DNA of 32,000 nt from Nitrospira sp. GTDB taxonomy: Bacteria > Nitrospirota > Nitrospiria > Nitrospirales > Nitrospiraceae. The number at the start of each line of letters is the position of its first letter. Position 1 is the first letter of the stretch. This document shows positions 19,515-29,131 of this stretch, piece by piece. The position numbers were made by a program, and so were the translations under genes. The notes under the pieces are model-generated. The model was not told the DNA's origin. It ran no database searches and saw only the letters and a program-made list of their open reading frames with translations. The stretch is from contig JARFXP010000004.1 in NCBI GenBank assembly GCA_029194675.1, positions 281,938-313,937 on the forward strand, given 5' to 3'.

Positions 19515-20611
19515 GCACGCTCCTGTTTGAACGGCACCCAGGCGCAGACACGTGTCCCCTCGCCCGGTGTCGATTGTAGATCCAGGGTTCCGGCGACCAG
19601 GAAAACCCGTTCCTTCATGCTCAACAAACCGAGGCTTCCTCGCCGACCGTCGTACTGATTCACGTCAAATCCCACTCCATCATCGCTGATCATAAGTTGG
19701 AGACCGTCTCGCAATCGCCGAAGTTCGACGCGAATATTTTTTGCCCTGGCATGGCGGGAAATGTTTGCTAAGCCTTCTTGTGCCACGCGGTACAAGCAGG
19801 TCACGATGTCTTGCGCCACGTGTTCAGGTATATCGTGACATCTAAACCGGGCACCGATACCGGTGCGGGCTTGAAAGTCATCGACGAGGCGTCGGAGCGC
19901 AATAGCTAAGCCCAGGTCGTCAAGGATGGATGGGTGGAACTGATAGGCCAAGCGGCGAACATTTTCGGAAAGTTCGACGATACGGTTATGAATCGTGTGC
20001 ACCATGCTGACCGTACGGGCAGGGGCGTCGGAAAGCTGTTGTTCCAACATTTCGATGTCGATCGACAAGAGCGCCAGGCGTTGATTGATGTCGTCATGCA
20101 GATCGCGCGAAATCCGCCGTCTCTCCTCCTCCTGAAGGCGAAGGAGCTGCGAGGCAAGCAGGCGGAGGTCCCGACGGTTGGCTTCGAGCGATTGTTCAGT
20201 ATCGATTCGTTTTGACACTTCGCTGACGAGCGCGTTATTGACAACTAGAAGCTCTTCGCTGCGTGCATGTAAGCGCGCCGCCCAACCTTCATCGAGCCGC
20301 TGGATCTCCTCTTCACGTTCACGACGTTGTAGAAGGTACCAGATGGGCAGCCCGATTAAGGCCATGCTCACGACGCGAATAACTAAAGGCTTCCACGAAG
20401 ATTCGTCGTAAGCCTGAGGTGAGAGGGCGGTGACATCTTCCCTTGCCACAGATATGAGGTTTTCCATCTCGAACGGCGTCGATATTTGTTGGGGAAACAG
20501 CGACAGGAAAGATTTCGCAACTTCCGTGGGGAGATGGAGAATCAGCAATCCGACCATCAATACGACGATACTGCCGGCAAAAACCCCGGTTCTAGCTCGT
20601 GATACAAGCAT
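19511..20611 (-). CDS. membrane sensor histidine kinase (HisKA_3 / NarX-DegS type)
   Basis: 366 aa. Two TM segments bracket a ~55-aa loop. Then come a coiled coil, the H-box ISRDLHDDINQRL, and HATPase motifs EGLANISRHA, ISDDGVGF and GSLGLLSMKER. Confidence 0.88.
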   Translation of the reverse strand: MLVSRARTGVFAGSIVVLMVGLLILHLPTEVAKSFLSLFPQQISTPFEMENLISVAREDVTALSPQAYDESSWKPLVIRVVSMALIGLPIWYLLQRREREEEIQRLDEGWAARLHARSEELLVVNNALVSEVSKRIDTEQSLEANRRDLRLLASQLLRLQEEERRRISRDLHDDINQRLALLSIDIEMLEQQLSDAPARTVSMVHTIHNRIVELSENVRRLAYQFHPSILDDLGLAIALRRLVDDFQARTGIGARFRCHDIPEHVAQDIVTCLYRVAQEGLANISRHARAKNIRVELRRLRDGLQLMISDDGVGFDVNQYDGRRGSLGLLSMKERVFLVAGTLDLQSTPGEGTRVCAWVPFKQERA

Positions 20612-20657
20612 GGGCGGACCTCACTCAGTCGAATTATCCTCCTTCAGAGCCGCTCAA

Positions 20658-21542
20658 TCAAGAAGGACGATCATCACTTCGGTTCGACGGTTCTTCATCT
20701 AACCAGACATCACCCTCGGCCTGATTTTTCGCTGTCGCCGCCAACGACTTGAAATCAAAGAGACGAGGATCCATCAAGAGAGACGGCGCGACATTGGTCA
20801 ATGCCGCGGCAACGCTGTCCGTACAACCAGGTGACTCCCGTTCCCACTGCTGAAGCAACGTCTTCATTTGTTTTCGTTTCAAATCTTCTTGAGAGCCGCA
20901 GAGGTCGCAAGGAATGATCGGAAATCCTCGCAGCTCCGCATATCGCGCGAGGTCGGCTTCTTTGACCAATGCCAACGGTCGGATGACAATGTGTCGTCCG
21001 TCCTTGGAACGAAGCTTGGGAGGCATCGCCTTCAGCTTGCCCGTATAGAAGAGATTCAAGAACAAGGTCTCGGTGATATCATCGCGGTGATGGCCCAGCG
21101 CAATCTTGGTGGCGCCAAGCTCAGTCGCAATGCGATAGAGGTGTCCTCGTCGTAACCGCGAGCACAACGAACAGGTCGTCTGCCCCTCCGGGATGAGTCG
21201 CTTCACGATCGAGTAGGTATCGCGGGATTCAATGTGAAACGGAATGCCGCGGTTAGTCAGATATTGAGGGAGCACATGTTCCGGAAAGCCCGGTTGCCGT
21301 TGATCGAGGTTGACCGCAATCAGATCAAAACAAATGGGTGCTCGGCGTTGCAATACAAGCAGGATATCCAGTAAACCATAACTGTCCTTACCGCCCGACA
21401 GGCACACCATCACCTTATCACCGTCTTCAATGAGCCGGTAGTCGGCGATGGCCTGGCCCACCAGCCGGCAAAGGCGCGTCTGTATCTTCTCCGTGGCGTC
21501 GTCTAATTTCGGCGTTGATGTTGGAGGAGGCGGGACGATCAT
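20658..21542 (-). CDS. ttcA: tRNA 2-thiocytidine biosynthesis protein TtcA
   Basis: The ORF track extends to 21623. ATG 21542 ([15 protein letters not shown]) aligns better with the E. coli TtcA N-terminus. It has the PP-loop VCLSGGKDS plus [10 protein letters not shown] and CDLCGSQ. Confidence 0.88.
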   Translation of the reverse strand: MIVPPPPTSTPKLDDATEKIQTRLCRLVGQAIADYRLIEDGDKVMVCLSGGKDSYGLLDILLVLQRRAPICFDLIAVNLDQRQPGFPEHVLPQYLTNRGIPFHIESRDTYSIVKRLIPEGQTTCSLCSRLRRGHLYRIATELGATKIALGHHRDDITETLFLNLFYTGKLKAMPPKLRSKDGRHIVIRPLALVKEADLARYAELRGFPIIPCDLCGSQEDLKRKQMKTLLQQWERESPGCTDSVAAALTNVAPSLLMDPRLFDFKSLAATAKNQAEGDVWLDEEPSNRSDDRPS

Positions 21543-21614
21543 GGCAAGATTGTACCGGCTCCATTGTGATCCTGTCGACAGGACCACGCTCAGGAAAAGG
21601 TGTACGAATCGTCT

Positions 21615-22112
21615 ATGGTGCAATCAATTCTCTTTGTATGTACCGGCAACGTTTTCCGTAGTATGGCGGCCGAGTATTCGTTACGGGCACAGATCTGCTC
21701 ACAATCCTCCTATCGAGTGGAATCGGCTGGGATCAAAGCCAAGCCTCAACCCATCCACCCAATCATCTCGAATCGGTTGATCGAAAAGGGCACTGATCCA
21801 TCTCCACATATCCCTCGAATGTTGACCAGAGAGCTGATCGACCGAGCTGATCTCGTGATTGCCATGGGGCGGGACCACCGCGAATTCATCCAGAAACAGT
21901 TCGGGTTGAAAGTTCCGCTCTTCAATGAGGTGTCGTTCGGTAAGGACACGCCGATCCTCGACCTGCATGAGGCTCTCCCTGATTGGGAGCGTGATATCGA
22001 CGAAGCGCGGGCTTATGTGGAGTCGGTCATCGACCACATCTGGGAATCAATACCGTCGCTGATGGCACGACTCCCACAGTTTCAGAGAAGTCGACACTCA
22101 CTGAAGGCGTAG
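21615..22112 (+). CDS. low-molecular-weight phosphotyrosine phosphatase / ArsC-like family protein
   Basis: N-terminal P-loop [12 protein letters not shown], of CX5R(S/T) type. The ORF track starts at 21600 and ATG 21615 is in frame. It is divergent from ttcA. Confidence 0.8.
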   Translation: MVQSILFVCTGNVFRSMAAEYSLRAQICSQSSYRVESAGIKAKPQPIHPIISNRLIEKGTDPSPHIPRMLTRELIDRADLVIAMGRDHREFIQKQFGLKVPLFNEVSFGKDTPILDLHEALPDWERDIDEARAYVESVIDHIWESIPSLMARLPQFQRSRHSLKA

Positions 22113-22252
22113 CGTCAGTTCACATCGGAACCATTTGCGCAATCTTCTGCTCGCCTACCTCACTATCATCTCAGGGAAGAGTCTTCGTCAGACGGAATAG
22201 ACACTGCATGCTATATTTTCCATGAACGGCACAATATACGCATTTCAGAGGT

Positions 22253-23323
22253 TTGCCTGTCATGGACCGTACGGTTTCCGATGTACTGAAGGCTCCTGCC
22301 ATCGGCCAGGAAGCGCCCAACTGGGCCTCCTGGCCGGATGATACGCTGTTGGACCTCCCGATGTGCGACCTGCACCTCGGGCTCAAGGGGGGATTCCTCG
22401 AGCAGCCCATCGCCGAGTTAACTCGGGAACTGGAAGGCCGTGGATTGTTGTTTCGTCCGCACTTCTGGCTCTCCAACGAGTGGTTTACTCCCGATGGGGT
22501 TCCCGGCATCGCCGTCCCCTTCTACCTGGCCCATCCTCGCCTGGCAAAACTGGAACAAGCCCAAATGCTGGAAGTGGAAGGCGGCACCACGGAATGGTGT
22601 TTGCGCATTCTTCGTCACGAAGCTGGCCACGCGATCGAAAATGCCTACAAAATCCGCCGGCGAAAAACCCGTCGGCACATTTTCGGCAAGTCTTCTCAAC
22701 GGTACCCGCTGTACTACTCCCCCCGCCCCTATAGCCGGAGTTTCGTGCGCCACTTGGACTTGTGGTACGCGCAAAGCCATCCGGACGAAGACTTCGCCGA
22801 GACCTTTGCCGTGTGGCTGACGCCGGACTCTTTATGGGAGGAACGGTACCGGGGGTGGCCGGTGCTCAAGAAGCTCAAGTATGTCGACGGGCTCATGAAG
22901 GAACTCAGAGGAGCCTCACCCTCCGTAACCACTCGCGAAGAGATCGATCCGCTCCCTAGTTTGAAAACAACCCTTCGCGAACACTATGAGCGCAAGCGGA
23001 GACATTATGGAATCGAAAGACAGTCACAATACGACCCGGACTTAAAGCGACTCTTTTCCACCATGCCGAGCCATGCGAGCAAGCTGAGCGCCGCAACCTT
23101 CCTGAACCGTTTTCGTCGAGAAGTGCGACGGAAGGTCGCCGGTTGGACCGGCGAATACCAATACACGATCGACCAAGTGCTGGAGGATATGATTCAGCGG
23201 TGCCGCGAACTGAACCTTCGGGTTCCAGTAGCGGAAGAACAAGCCAAGCTCGATTTCACCATCCTGCTGACCGTTCACACCATGAACTTTTTGCGAAGTG
23301 GACGGCATCGAGTGGCGCTATGA
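22253..23323 (+). CDS. putative zinc metallopeptidase (HExxH), ATP-grasp-associated type
   Basis: 356 aa. It has ILRHEAGHAIENAY (HExxH) and a downstream HPDEDFAETFA. An alternative ATG lies at 22262. Its stop overlaps the ATP-grasp start (ATGA). Confidence 0.7.
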   Translation: MPVMDRTVSDVLKAPAIGQEAPNWASWPDDTLLDLPMCDLHLGLKGGFLEQPIAELTRELEGRGLLFRPHFWLSNEWFTPDGVPGIAVPFYLAHPRLAKLEQAQMLEVEGGTTEWCLRILRHEAGHAIENAYKIRRRKTRRHIFGKSSQRYPLYYSPRPYSRSFVRHLDLWYAQSHPDEDFAETFAVWLTPDSLWEERYRGWPVLKKLKYVDGLMKELRGASPSVTTREEIDPLPSLKTTLREHYERKRRHYGIERQSQYDPDLKRLFSTMPSHASKLSAATFLNRFRREVRRKVAGWTGEYQYTIDQVLEDMIQRCRELNLRVPVAEEQAKLDFTILLTVHTMNFLRSGRHRVAL

Positions 23324-24342
23324 AGCGACTGCGGGTACTGGTCCTGATGCATGAAGACCTTGTGCCTCCCGACGAGGTCAACGGCTGCGACTTGAAAACC
23401 GTGGAGTGGCGAACGGAATACGACGTCATCTCGACATTGAAGAAACTGGGGCACGAGGTGTATCCCCTCGGGGTCAAGAGCGATCTCGGCATAATCCACT
23501 CTGCCATAGAGAATTGGAAGCCGGACATCGCCTTTAACCTCTTGGAAGAGTTTGATGGCGTGGCCGTCTATGACCAGCATGTGGTGTCGTACCTCGAACT
23601 CTTGCGCCTGCCCTACACCGGCTGTAATCCGCGCGGACTGATGTTGGCGCGCGACAAAGCCTTGACCAAGAAAGTGTTGTCTTTCCACCGCATTCCCTAC
23701 CCTGAATTCATCGAGGCCCCTCAAGGACGCGCGGTAAAGCGGCCCAAACAGCTATCTTTTCCGTTGATCGTCAAATCGGTCAACGAAGAAGCCTCGTTGG
23801 GCATCTCCCAAGCCTCGATCGTGGAGGACGACGACAAACTGAGCGAACGGGTAGCATTCATCCACGATAGCGTGGGCAGTGGCGCGCTGATCGAACGGTA
23901 TGTCGAGGGCCGCGAGTTCTATGTGGGAATCATCGGGAACGGGCACCTTCAAGTATTGCCGGTGTGGGAACTCATCATGGACAAGCTGCCGGAGGATGCC
24001 AAACGCATCGCAACCGAGCGGGTGAAATGGAGCCGGAAGTATCAGCAGAAGTACGGCATCACCTCACGCGAAGCCGATAGCTTGCCGGAGGGCAAGCGCG
24101 AAGAGATTCAGAGCCTGGCTAAGCGGGTGTATCGGGCACTCGGACTCAGCGGCTATGCGCGAATCGACATGCGAATGGCTGGCGACGGACAACTCTACGT
24201 CCTGGAGGCCAATCCCAACCCCCAGATCGCGGAAGACGAGGACTTCGCCGATTCTGCGAAGAAGGCCGACTACCATTACACAGAGTTACTCCAAGAAATC
24301 TTGAACGTCGGCCTTCGTTGGCGCCCTGCAAAAGCGGCGTGA
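23320..24342 (+). CDS. D-alanine--D-alanine ligase-like ATP-grasp enzyme
   Basis: The ORF track starts at 23143, inside the upstream gene. ATG 23320 gives MKRLRVLVLMHEDLVPP. ATP-grasp features include FPLIVKSVNEEASLGIS, EGREFYVGIIGN and YARIDMRM...LYVLEANPNP. Confidence 0.82.
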   Translation: MKRLRVLVLMHEDLVPPDEVNGCDLKTVEWRTEYDVISTLKKLGHEVYPLGVKSDLGIIHSAIENWKPDIAFNLLEEFDGVAVYDQHVVSYLELLRLPYTGCNPRGLMLARDKALTKKVLSFHRIPYPEFIEAPQGRAVKRPKQLSFPLIVKSVNEEASLGISQASIVEDDDKLSERVAFIHDSVGSGALIERYVEGREFYVGIIGNGHLQVLPVWELIMDKLPEDAKRIATERVKWSRKYQQKYGITSREADSLPEGKREEIQSLAKRVYRALGLSGYARIDMRMAGDGQLYVLEANPNPQIAEDEDFADSAKKADYHYTELLQEILNVGLRWRPAKAA

Positions 24343-24699
24343 CGTTTCGTGACGTTTAAGGATCAAGCTGTGCACAGCTCAGAAACGATCGGCCCATTTT
24401 GTAAGCTCCCCAGTCAAGGAGACAGTTTCAAAGGAGAATTTCTGGTCTCTTGACGTTAGTCCACACGATGAGACACTTGTCCGGCTCAGCCTCGGAGCCG
24501 ACACTGCACACACCACCTCGCTAACTGCATGACAGGGGAAACGATGCCTGTTGCCTCTCAATCAGAGCCTTCGAGATGGGTGTATGTTTTCTCCCTAATA
24601 CTCTATGCGGCGTGGTTAAAGAAAACGCGACACGACCTAAGCGGAGCAGCACAACGCTCTTGGACCTCCACAGCACGGTCCCGCTTAAAACTCTACTGC

Positions 24700-26013
24700 C
24701 TACTCTTGCTTTTTTCCTGACACAATACCAGATGCTTCTACTTCAACCTCAGGAATCCTATACTTTAACCAGCAGCGGTTAGCCGTTGAGGAAAAGCTAA
24801 AGGCCTTACAATTTTTATCAAGCGCACATTCGTTAAGGCATACATCTTCACTTCCTTGGCCTTTAACTGGAAAGTCTCTGTAGTCATCACCATATAAGTC
24901 CCATCCGCTTTTGGGCTCCTCCATCTTGCCAGGTTCGGAAAAAGGCAAATAATAGACAGTGTTTAAGGTATGATAAAGTGCTATATTATTTGGTGCCTCA
25001 ATAATGCATCTGCTACCGTCCTCTCTGATTCCCGCAAAAGCTTTCGTGTGGTAAGGACACTTGCCATTCTCCTTGCTATAAAACAATTGCCCTTCCGTAC
25101 GATGGAACTTCGGAGGCCGGGTTGAGGGATCAATATCCATAACTTCACATTCCTCCATTTTGTGTTCCCTCATTTTGTGCGTGCCCCCAAATGGGCAGGG
25201 CTCCTTACCTGTAAATTCTACAAACTTTTTGGCTGGTGTTGGCTTTGTCCTAATAGTTCCCGGAGTGTAATGAGCAAAGTAGTAACCTAGTATCGCAACA
25301 GATAAAATGAGAATTACCAACGCTATTTGTGTTATTTGGAATTTAAGGTTCTTTGGTCTCTTACTGTTGCCAGCTTTTTCAAGCTCAGTTAGAGCAGTAC
25401 CTTTAAGAAATGGTATCCATACATTTTGAACATGAAGGCTATAAAAGTAGTCGGAGTGCTTAAACCCATCGCGGTGGATGTCTGCTACGATTCCATCAAC
25501 CTTGTCACTGAAGCCCTCTACTCCGGAGGGTCCAGCATCTTTCACAATCCAGGCCACCAACTTAACCCAAACATCTTTTGACCCGGATTCATTAAGGACT
25601 CCACGCACCTGACCACGTTCGACTATTTTCGCCCAAGGATAATTCTTTTCCAGAATTGATCCACATAGTATGAGCCTGTCCAGCTTCAATTCCTCATATT
25701 TGAGAAGAGCCTTTGCGACTATATATGTTCCAAAGCTGTGTGCGATGACAGAAGGTGGTTGATGCTCAGTACTAATATAGTTGGTCACCCAATCTCTAAA
25801 CTTGTCGATTTCTCTATCCCGCCTCCTAGGGTTAAGGAACATTGCTAGTTTAAGGTAACCATAATCAAAAGGACTGTGCAGTAGATGATGTTCTTCTAAC
25901 GTATCATTCAGCTCTTTCTGCCAGGCCCCAGTTGTACGAATACCGTGAAGACTAATAACGCGACGAGCGAAAGTCGATGTTTGAGATGCTGTCGTGAAAC
26001 TTAGTTCACCCAT
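24700..26013 (-). CDS. membrane protein: N-terminal alpha/beta-hydrolase (AHSFG nucleophile elbow), one TM helix, Cys-rich region and C-terminal PAN/Apple-like domain
   Basis: 437 aa. It has ISLHGIRTTGAWQ and VIAHSFGTYIV (GxSxG-like). The TM helix is ITQIALVILILSVAILGYYFA. The C-terminal CLNECALDKNCKAFSFSSTANRCWLKY fits the PAN/Apple cysteine pattern. GGGGAAGAG lies upstream, and the sequence is AT-rich. Confidence 0.7.
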   Translation of the reverse strand: MGELSFTTASQTSTFARRVISLHGIRTTGAWQKELNDTLEEHHLLHSPFDYGYLKLAMFLNPRRRDREIDKFRDWVTNYISTEHQPPSVIAHSFGTYIVAKALLKYEELKLDRLILCGSILEKNYPWAKIVERGQVRGVLNESGSKDVWVKLVAWIVKDAGPSGVEGFSDKVDGIVADIHRDGFKHSDYFYSLHVQNVWIPFLKGTALTELEKAGNSKRPKNLKFQITQIALVILILSVAILGYYFAHYTPGTIRTKPTPAKKFVEFTGKEPCPFGGTHKMREHKMEECEVMDIDPSTRPPKFHRTEGQLFYSKENGKCPYHTKAFAGIREDGSRCIIEAPNNIALYHTLNTVYYLPFSEPGKMEEPKSGWDLYGDDYRDFPVKGQGSEDVCLNECALDKNCKAFSFSSTANRCWLKYRIPEVEVEASGIVSGKKQE

Positions 26014-26154
26014 GTCTCTTCCCCCATAGGAAATCAGGTTGCAAACAGTTGTGCTTACCGTCTAACCATATTTCACTTTAAGAAACAGGATCACGCTTGA
26101 AAGCATTAGCGTTATAGCATTGGCAATAATGATGGGGAGTCAATCCCATTCTTA

Positions 26155-27255
26155 TTGATCTTTGCATAAATAATGGAACGAGCGATGCTCTTGGACTATA
26201 CTCAGAGACATGAGACCTCCAGGAACCGCCCAGCAATTGGAACGGCGACGCCGACAGGCCATCCGATTGCTCAAGGCGGGCACTGCTCTGTCGGCGATCG
26301 CCCGGGCCGTGGGGGCTTCCGTGAGTTCCGTATTCCGGTGGGCCGCGGCCTACCGCAAACAGGGCCTCCCTGGCTTGCGGCCACGACCGACCCCAGGTCG
26401 TTCCCCCAGTCTCTCCGTGGCGCAGAAGAAGCGGCTGGCGGCGCTGCTCCTGAAGGGGCCCCTGGCCAGGGGCTATCGCACCGATTTATGGACCTTGAAA
26501 CGGGTGGCACAGCTGATCCACCAGCAGTTCGGGGTGCGCTACCATCCCTGCCATGTCTGGAAACTGCTGACCAGTTTGGGATGGAGTTGTCAGAAGCCCG
26601 AACGCCGAGCGCTGCAGCGGAACGAGGCCGCGATCGCACGATGGAAACGGTCCCGCTGGCCCCATATAAAAAAACGCCACGCGACGTGGGGCCCGCCTCG
26701 TCTTTCTTGATGAATCGGGCTTCCTCCTCATCCCGAACGTGGCCCGGACCTGGGCGCCGAAAGGCCGCCCGCCGGTCGTGCGCTATCTGTACAAACAGGA
26801 TCGGATCTCCGCGATCAGTGCGCTGGCCGTGTCGCCCAAGCGCCGGCGAGTGGTGCTCTATCTCAGGCTGCGCCGCCGCAACCTCACGGGGTTGGATGTC
26901 CGAGCCTTCTTGCATCACCTGCTTCGGCATCTGCGGGGTCCCGTTGTTCTGCTGTGGGATCGGGGAACCATTCATCGCCGCAAAGCTGTCAACCAATGGA
27001 TCACTGCCCATCCCAGGCTCCGCGTGGAAGAGTTCCCAGCTTACGCCCCGGAGCTCAATCCAGCGGAATATGTCTGGGCCCAGGCCGACCGCGCCTTGGC
27101 CAACAGTGCGCCCATGGACTTGGGACAGCTGAATGGAATGCTCCGATCCACTGTGCGCCGCCTGCGCCATTCGCCACGTCTGCTCTGGTCCTGCATCGAC
27201 GCCTCTGATCTCCCATGGGCACGGTGAAGGGTTCCATTATTTATGCAAAGATCAA
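26155..27255 (+). mobile_element. IS630-family insertion sequence (1101 bp) with 25-bp perfect TIRs and TA target duplication
   Basis: The left end is TTGATCTTTGCATAAATAATGGAAC (26155-) and the right end is its exact reverse complement (-27255). TA flanks it at 26153-26154 and 27256-27257. Confidence 0.88.
26210..27227 (+). CDS. IS630-family DDE transposase, split into two ORFs at an A7 tract
   Basis: OrfA (26210-26710) is an HTH region (RRRRQAIRLLKAGTALSAIARAVGASVSSVFRW). The downstream frame reads ...NATRRGARLVFLDESGFLLIPNVARTWAPKG...LLWDRGTIHR...PAYAPELNPAEYVW (DDE). The frames meet at AAAAAAA 26668-26674, and the second is +1 relative to the first. Confidence 0.82.
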
Positions 27256-27257
27256 TA

Positions 27258-28787
27258 GTTGAAATTGCGAAGCGGTCTCCCCTGTGGGCTGCACGTCATG
27301 TCCGGTGACAGAGGCTTCTTCTGACCTTGGGTCTGAAAAACGACCTCCGCATTGGCTCCAGGATCAACGATCGTCACGCGGTCCATAGTAGTCCTTGGGC
27401 TCCTCGGGTCAGGCGATGCGGGTTTCGGTCACGACCTCGCGCTGGATGTCCCGCCGCAGTGCCTCTTGGAGGTGGGTGAGATGTCGATAGCCTTTGATGC
27501 GCCGCAAGCCGGGTTCGATCGCCAGCACGGCACTGGCCACCCAGCGGTGTTTCTGCTCCGACGTGCGCCAGCGATCGACCTTGTCCGTCAGGTGTCCGAG
27601 TTGTGCATTGAGCGACTCCAGGCAGTTGGTCGTCTTGAGACTGAGGCCCAAGCTCCCGAAGACACCGAGCCGATGCAGCGTCAGGGTTTCCTCCAGTCCT
27701 TCGTCCAGGCTGGTCACAGCGGAGAGATTGATGGGCTGCAGCTCCTGCCGGAGACGGAGCCACGCGGCCCGGGCTTCGGCGTAGGGCGGCCGCTCATACG
27801 CTTGCTGCAACCGCGGCCGCCACGAGGCCTGGTGTCCCTTGGGCAGATACCGCACCACATTCTCCCGTTTATGCCACTGACAGCGGTGCACCACCGCCTG
27901 TCGGCCGAACACCGTCTGAATCGCTTTGCGCAAGCCTTTCGCCCCATCGATCACGCAGAGCAGGCTCTGGTCCGTGCGCAGCCCCCGTGCGACCAAGCCC
28001 CGCAAGAACGCTGCGCAGACCGCTTCATTCTCCGTGGCCGTCTGGACGAAGCCCAGGATCTTCTTTTCCCCTTGGCGCGTGATCCCCAAAGCGATCACGA
28101 TCATGTCGGCGGCGAAGGTCTTCCCGTCGAGGAAGAGGACGACGAAGTTCTCCCTCGCCAGCCGACGCTCACTCAACTCCTGCAAAGCCCCCGCACTAGC
28201 GCGGATGAACCGCCGCGAGACACTGGAGGCACTCAGGCCGAAGGCTTCGGGCACTGCTTCGGCACACGCTTCATACTGGCGGCAACTCAGCCCATGCAGC
28301 ACCTTGCGGAACAACCCCGCGTCCGCCGCCCGTGGTTCGCCCAGGGCCTGATAGGTGGGCAACGACACCTCCACGTTCCGGAGCCGGTCCCGAACGCGCG
28401 TCTAGGTCACCGGCAATTTCTGATCGAGCAGATAGACCGAGCCACGCTGCCGGCACCAGCGCACGTATCCCGGCTGGCCGCCAGTCCGGCTATACCGTGC
28501 GCCCGCCAGCTCGGTGACCTCCTTGTTCAAAACATCTGCGACCGCTTGCAGCCCCAGCGGGATGACCGCCTGGATCAGGGCGACCAGGCTCGCTTGGTCG
28601 TCCACCGTCGGGATGGTGGACTCCGCCCGCCGGCGGAGCGGTCGCACCTTGCCTTCTTTGGTGATTCGGATGACGTTCCTCATGAAGCGGCTCCTTTCGT
28701 TGGTGTGAAGTGGTGGTTGTCTAGTCCACGATCACCGCACAGCACCACAAAGGCAGTCGCTTCGTCCATTTTCAACTAAGGATGGCA
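27258..28787 (-). mobile_element. IS256-family element (its left terminus is split off by the IS630 insertion; left tip ~26144-26154)
   Basis: Imperfect terminal inverted repeats. After removing IS630 the left end reads tcccattcTTAGTTGAAATTGCGAAGCGG. The reverse complement of the right end reads tgccatcCTTAGTTGAAAATGGACGAAGCGA. A Mutator-type transposase lies inside. Confidence 0.65.
27409..28683 (-). pseudogene. IS256-family (Mutator-type) transposase with an in-frame TAG
   Basis: ORFs 28402-28683 and 27409-28374 are in the same frame, separated by TAG at 28402-28404 (...YLLDQKLPVT*TRVRDRLRNVEVSLPTY...). Motifs are FLDGKTF, CVIDGAKGLRKAI and CQWHKRENV. Confidence 0.8.
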
Positions 28788-28809
28788 CACGCTCATGATG
28801 GGGAGAGAG

Positions 28810-29070
28810 TTAATTAGCAGCCCATATATAAGCCAGAGCAAAACTCCACTGCAGAAAATGATAAACATTGCAATGGAGACATCCTTTGCTGACTTCGTTT
28901 TTAATGCCTTGGTTAATTACGGTACGAAGACAATGGTCGTCAGTGTCCCTGCTAGTAATCCAATCATGGTAGTAAGATCCATCACAGTTACCGATCATGG
29001 CCCTTCCAGAAAAACGACGACAGCTTAAAATAGAACCTGCCTTGAAATCATTAATAGGTTCCGCATCCAT
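28810..29070 (-). CDS. hypothetical small Cys-rich protein (start uncertain; could be non-coding)
   Basis: This is part of ORF 28810-29253. ATG 29070 avoids overlap with the upstream gene and gives MDAEPINDFKAGSILSCRRFSGRAMIGNCDGSYYHDWITSRDTDDHCL...GCLHCN. The SD is weak. A competing plus-strand ORF lies at 28795-29028. Confidence 0.25.
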   Translation of the reverse strand: MDAEPINDFKAGSILSCRRFSGRAMIGNCDGSYYHDWITSRDTDDHCLRTVINQGIKNEVSKGCLHCNVYHFLQWSFALAYIWAAN

Positions 29071-29131
29071 TGGAAGCCTTTTGGCTTCGATATTTACACC
29101 TTGATATTCCTCAGTCCTTAAATCCAAAATT

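Noticed and set aside
23143-23319. N-terminal 59-aa extension of the ATP-grasp ORF
   Set aside because: It lies inside the peptidase gene in another frame. ATG 23320 overlaps the peptidase stop and yields a typical MKRLRVLVLM start.
24338-24357. Tandem 10-mer CGTGACGTTT x2 spanning the ATP-grasp stop codon, plus the nearby 14-bp palindrome AGCTGTGCACAGCT
   Set aside because: They are too short to interpret and no T-tract follows. They could be chance or a weak terminator.
26173-27170. ORFs 26173-27132(+) and 26271-27170(-) within IS630
   Set aside because: These are alternative frames of the IS630 transposase region. Only the 26210 frame (HTH) and the +1 frame (DDE motifs) show transposase signatures.
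27352-28779. 475-aa plus-strand ORF
   Set aside because: It is antisense to the IS256-family transposase, which has clear Mutator-type motifs. The translation is low-complexity and rich in Arg, Pro and Gln.
28795-29028. Plus-strand ORF starting in the ATGATGGGGAG repeat
   Set aside because: There is no SD and no recognisable motifs. It competes with an equally weak minus-strand ORF, so only the latter is listed, at low confidence.
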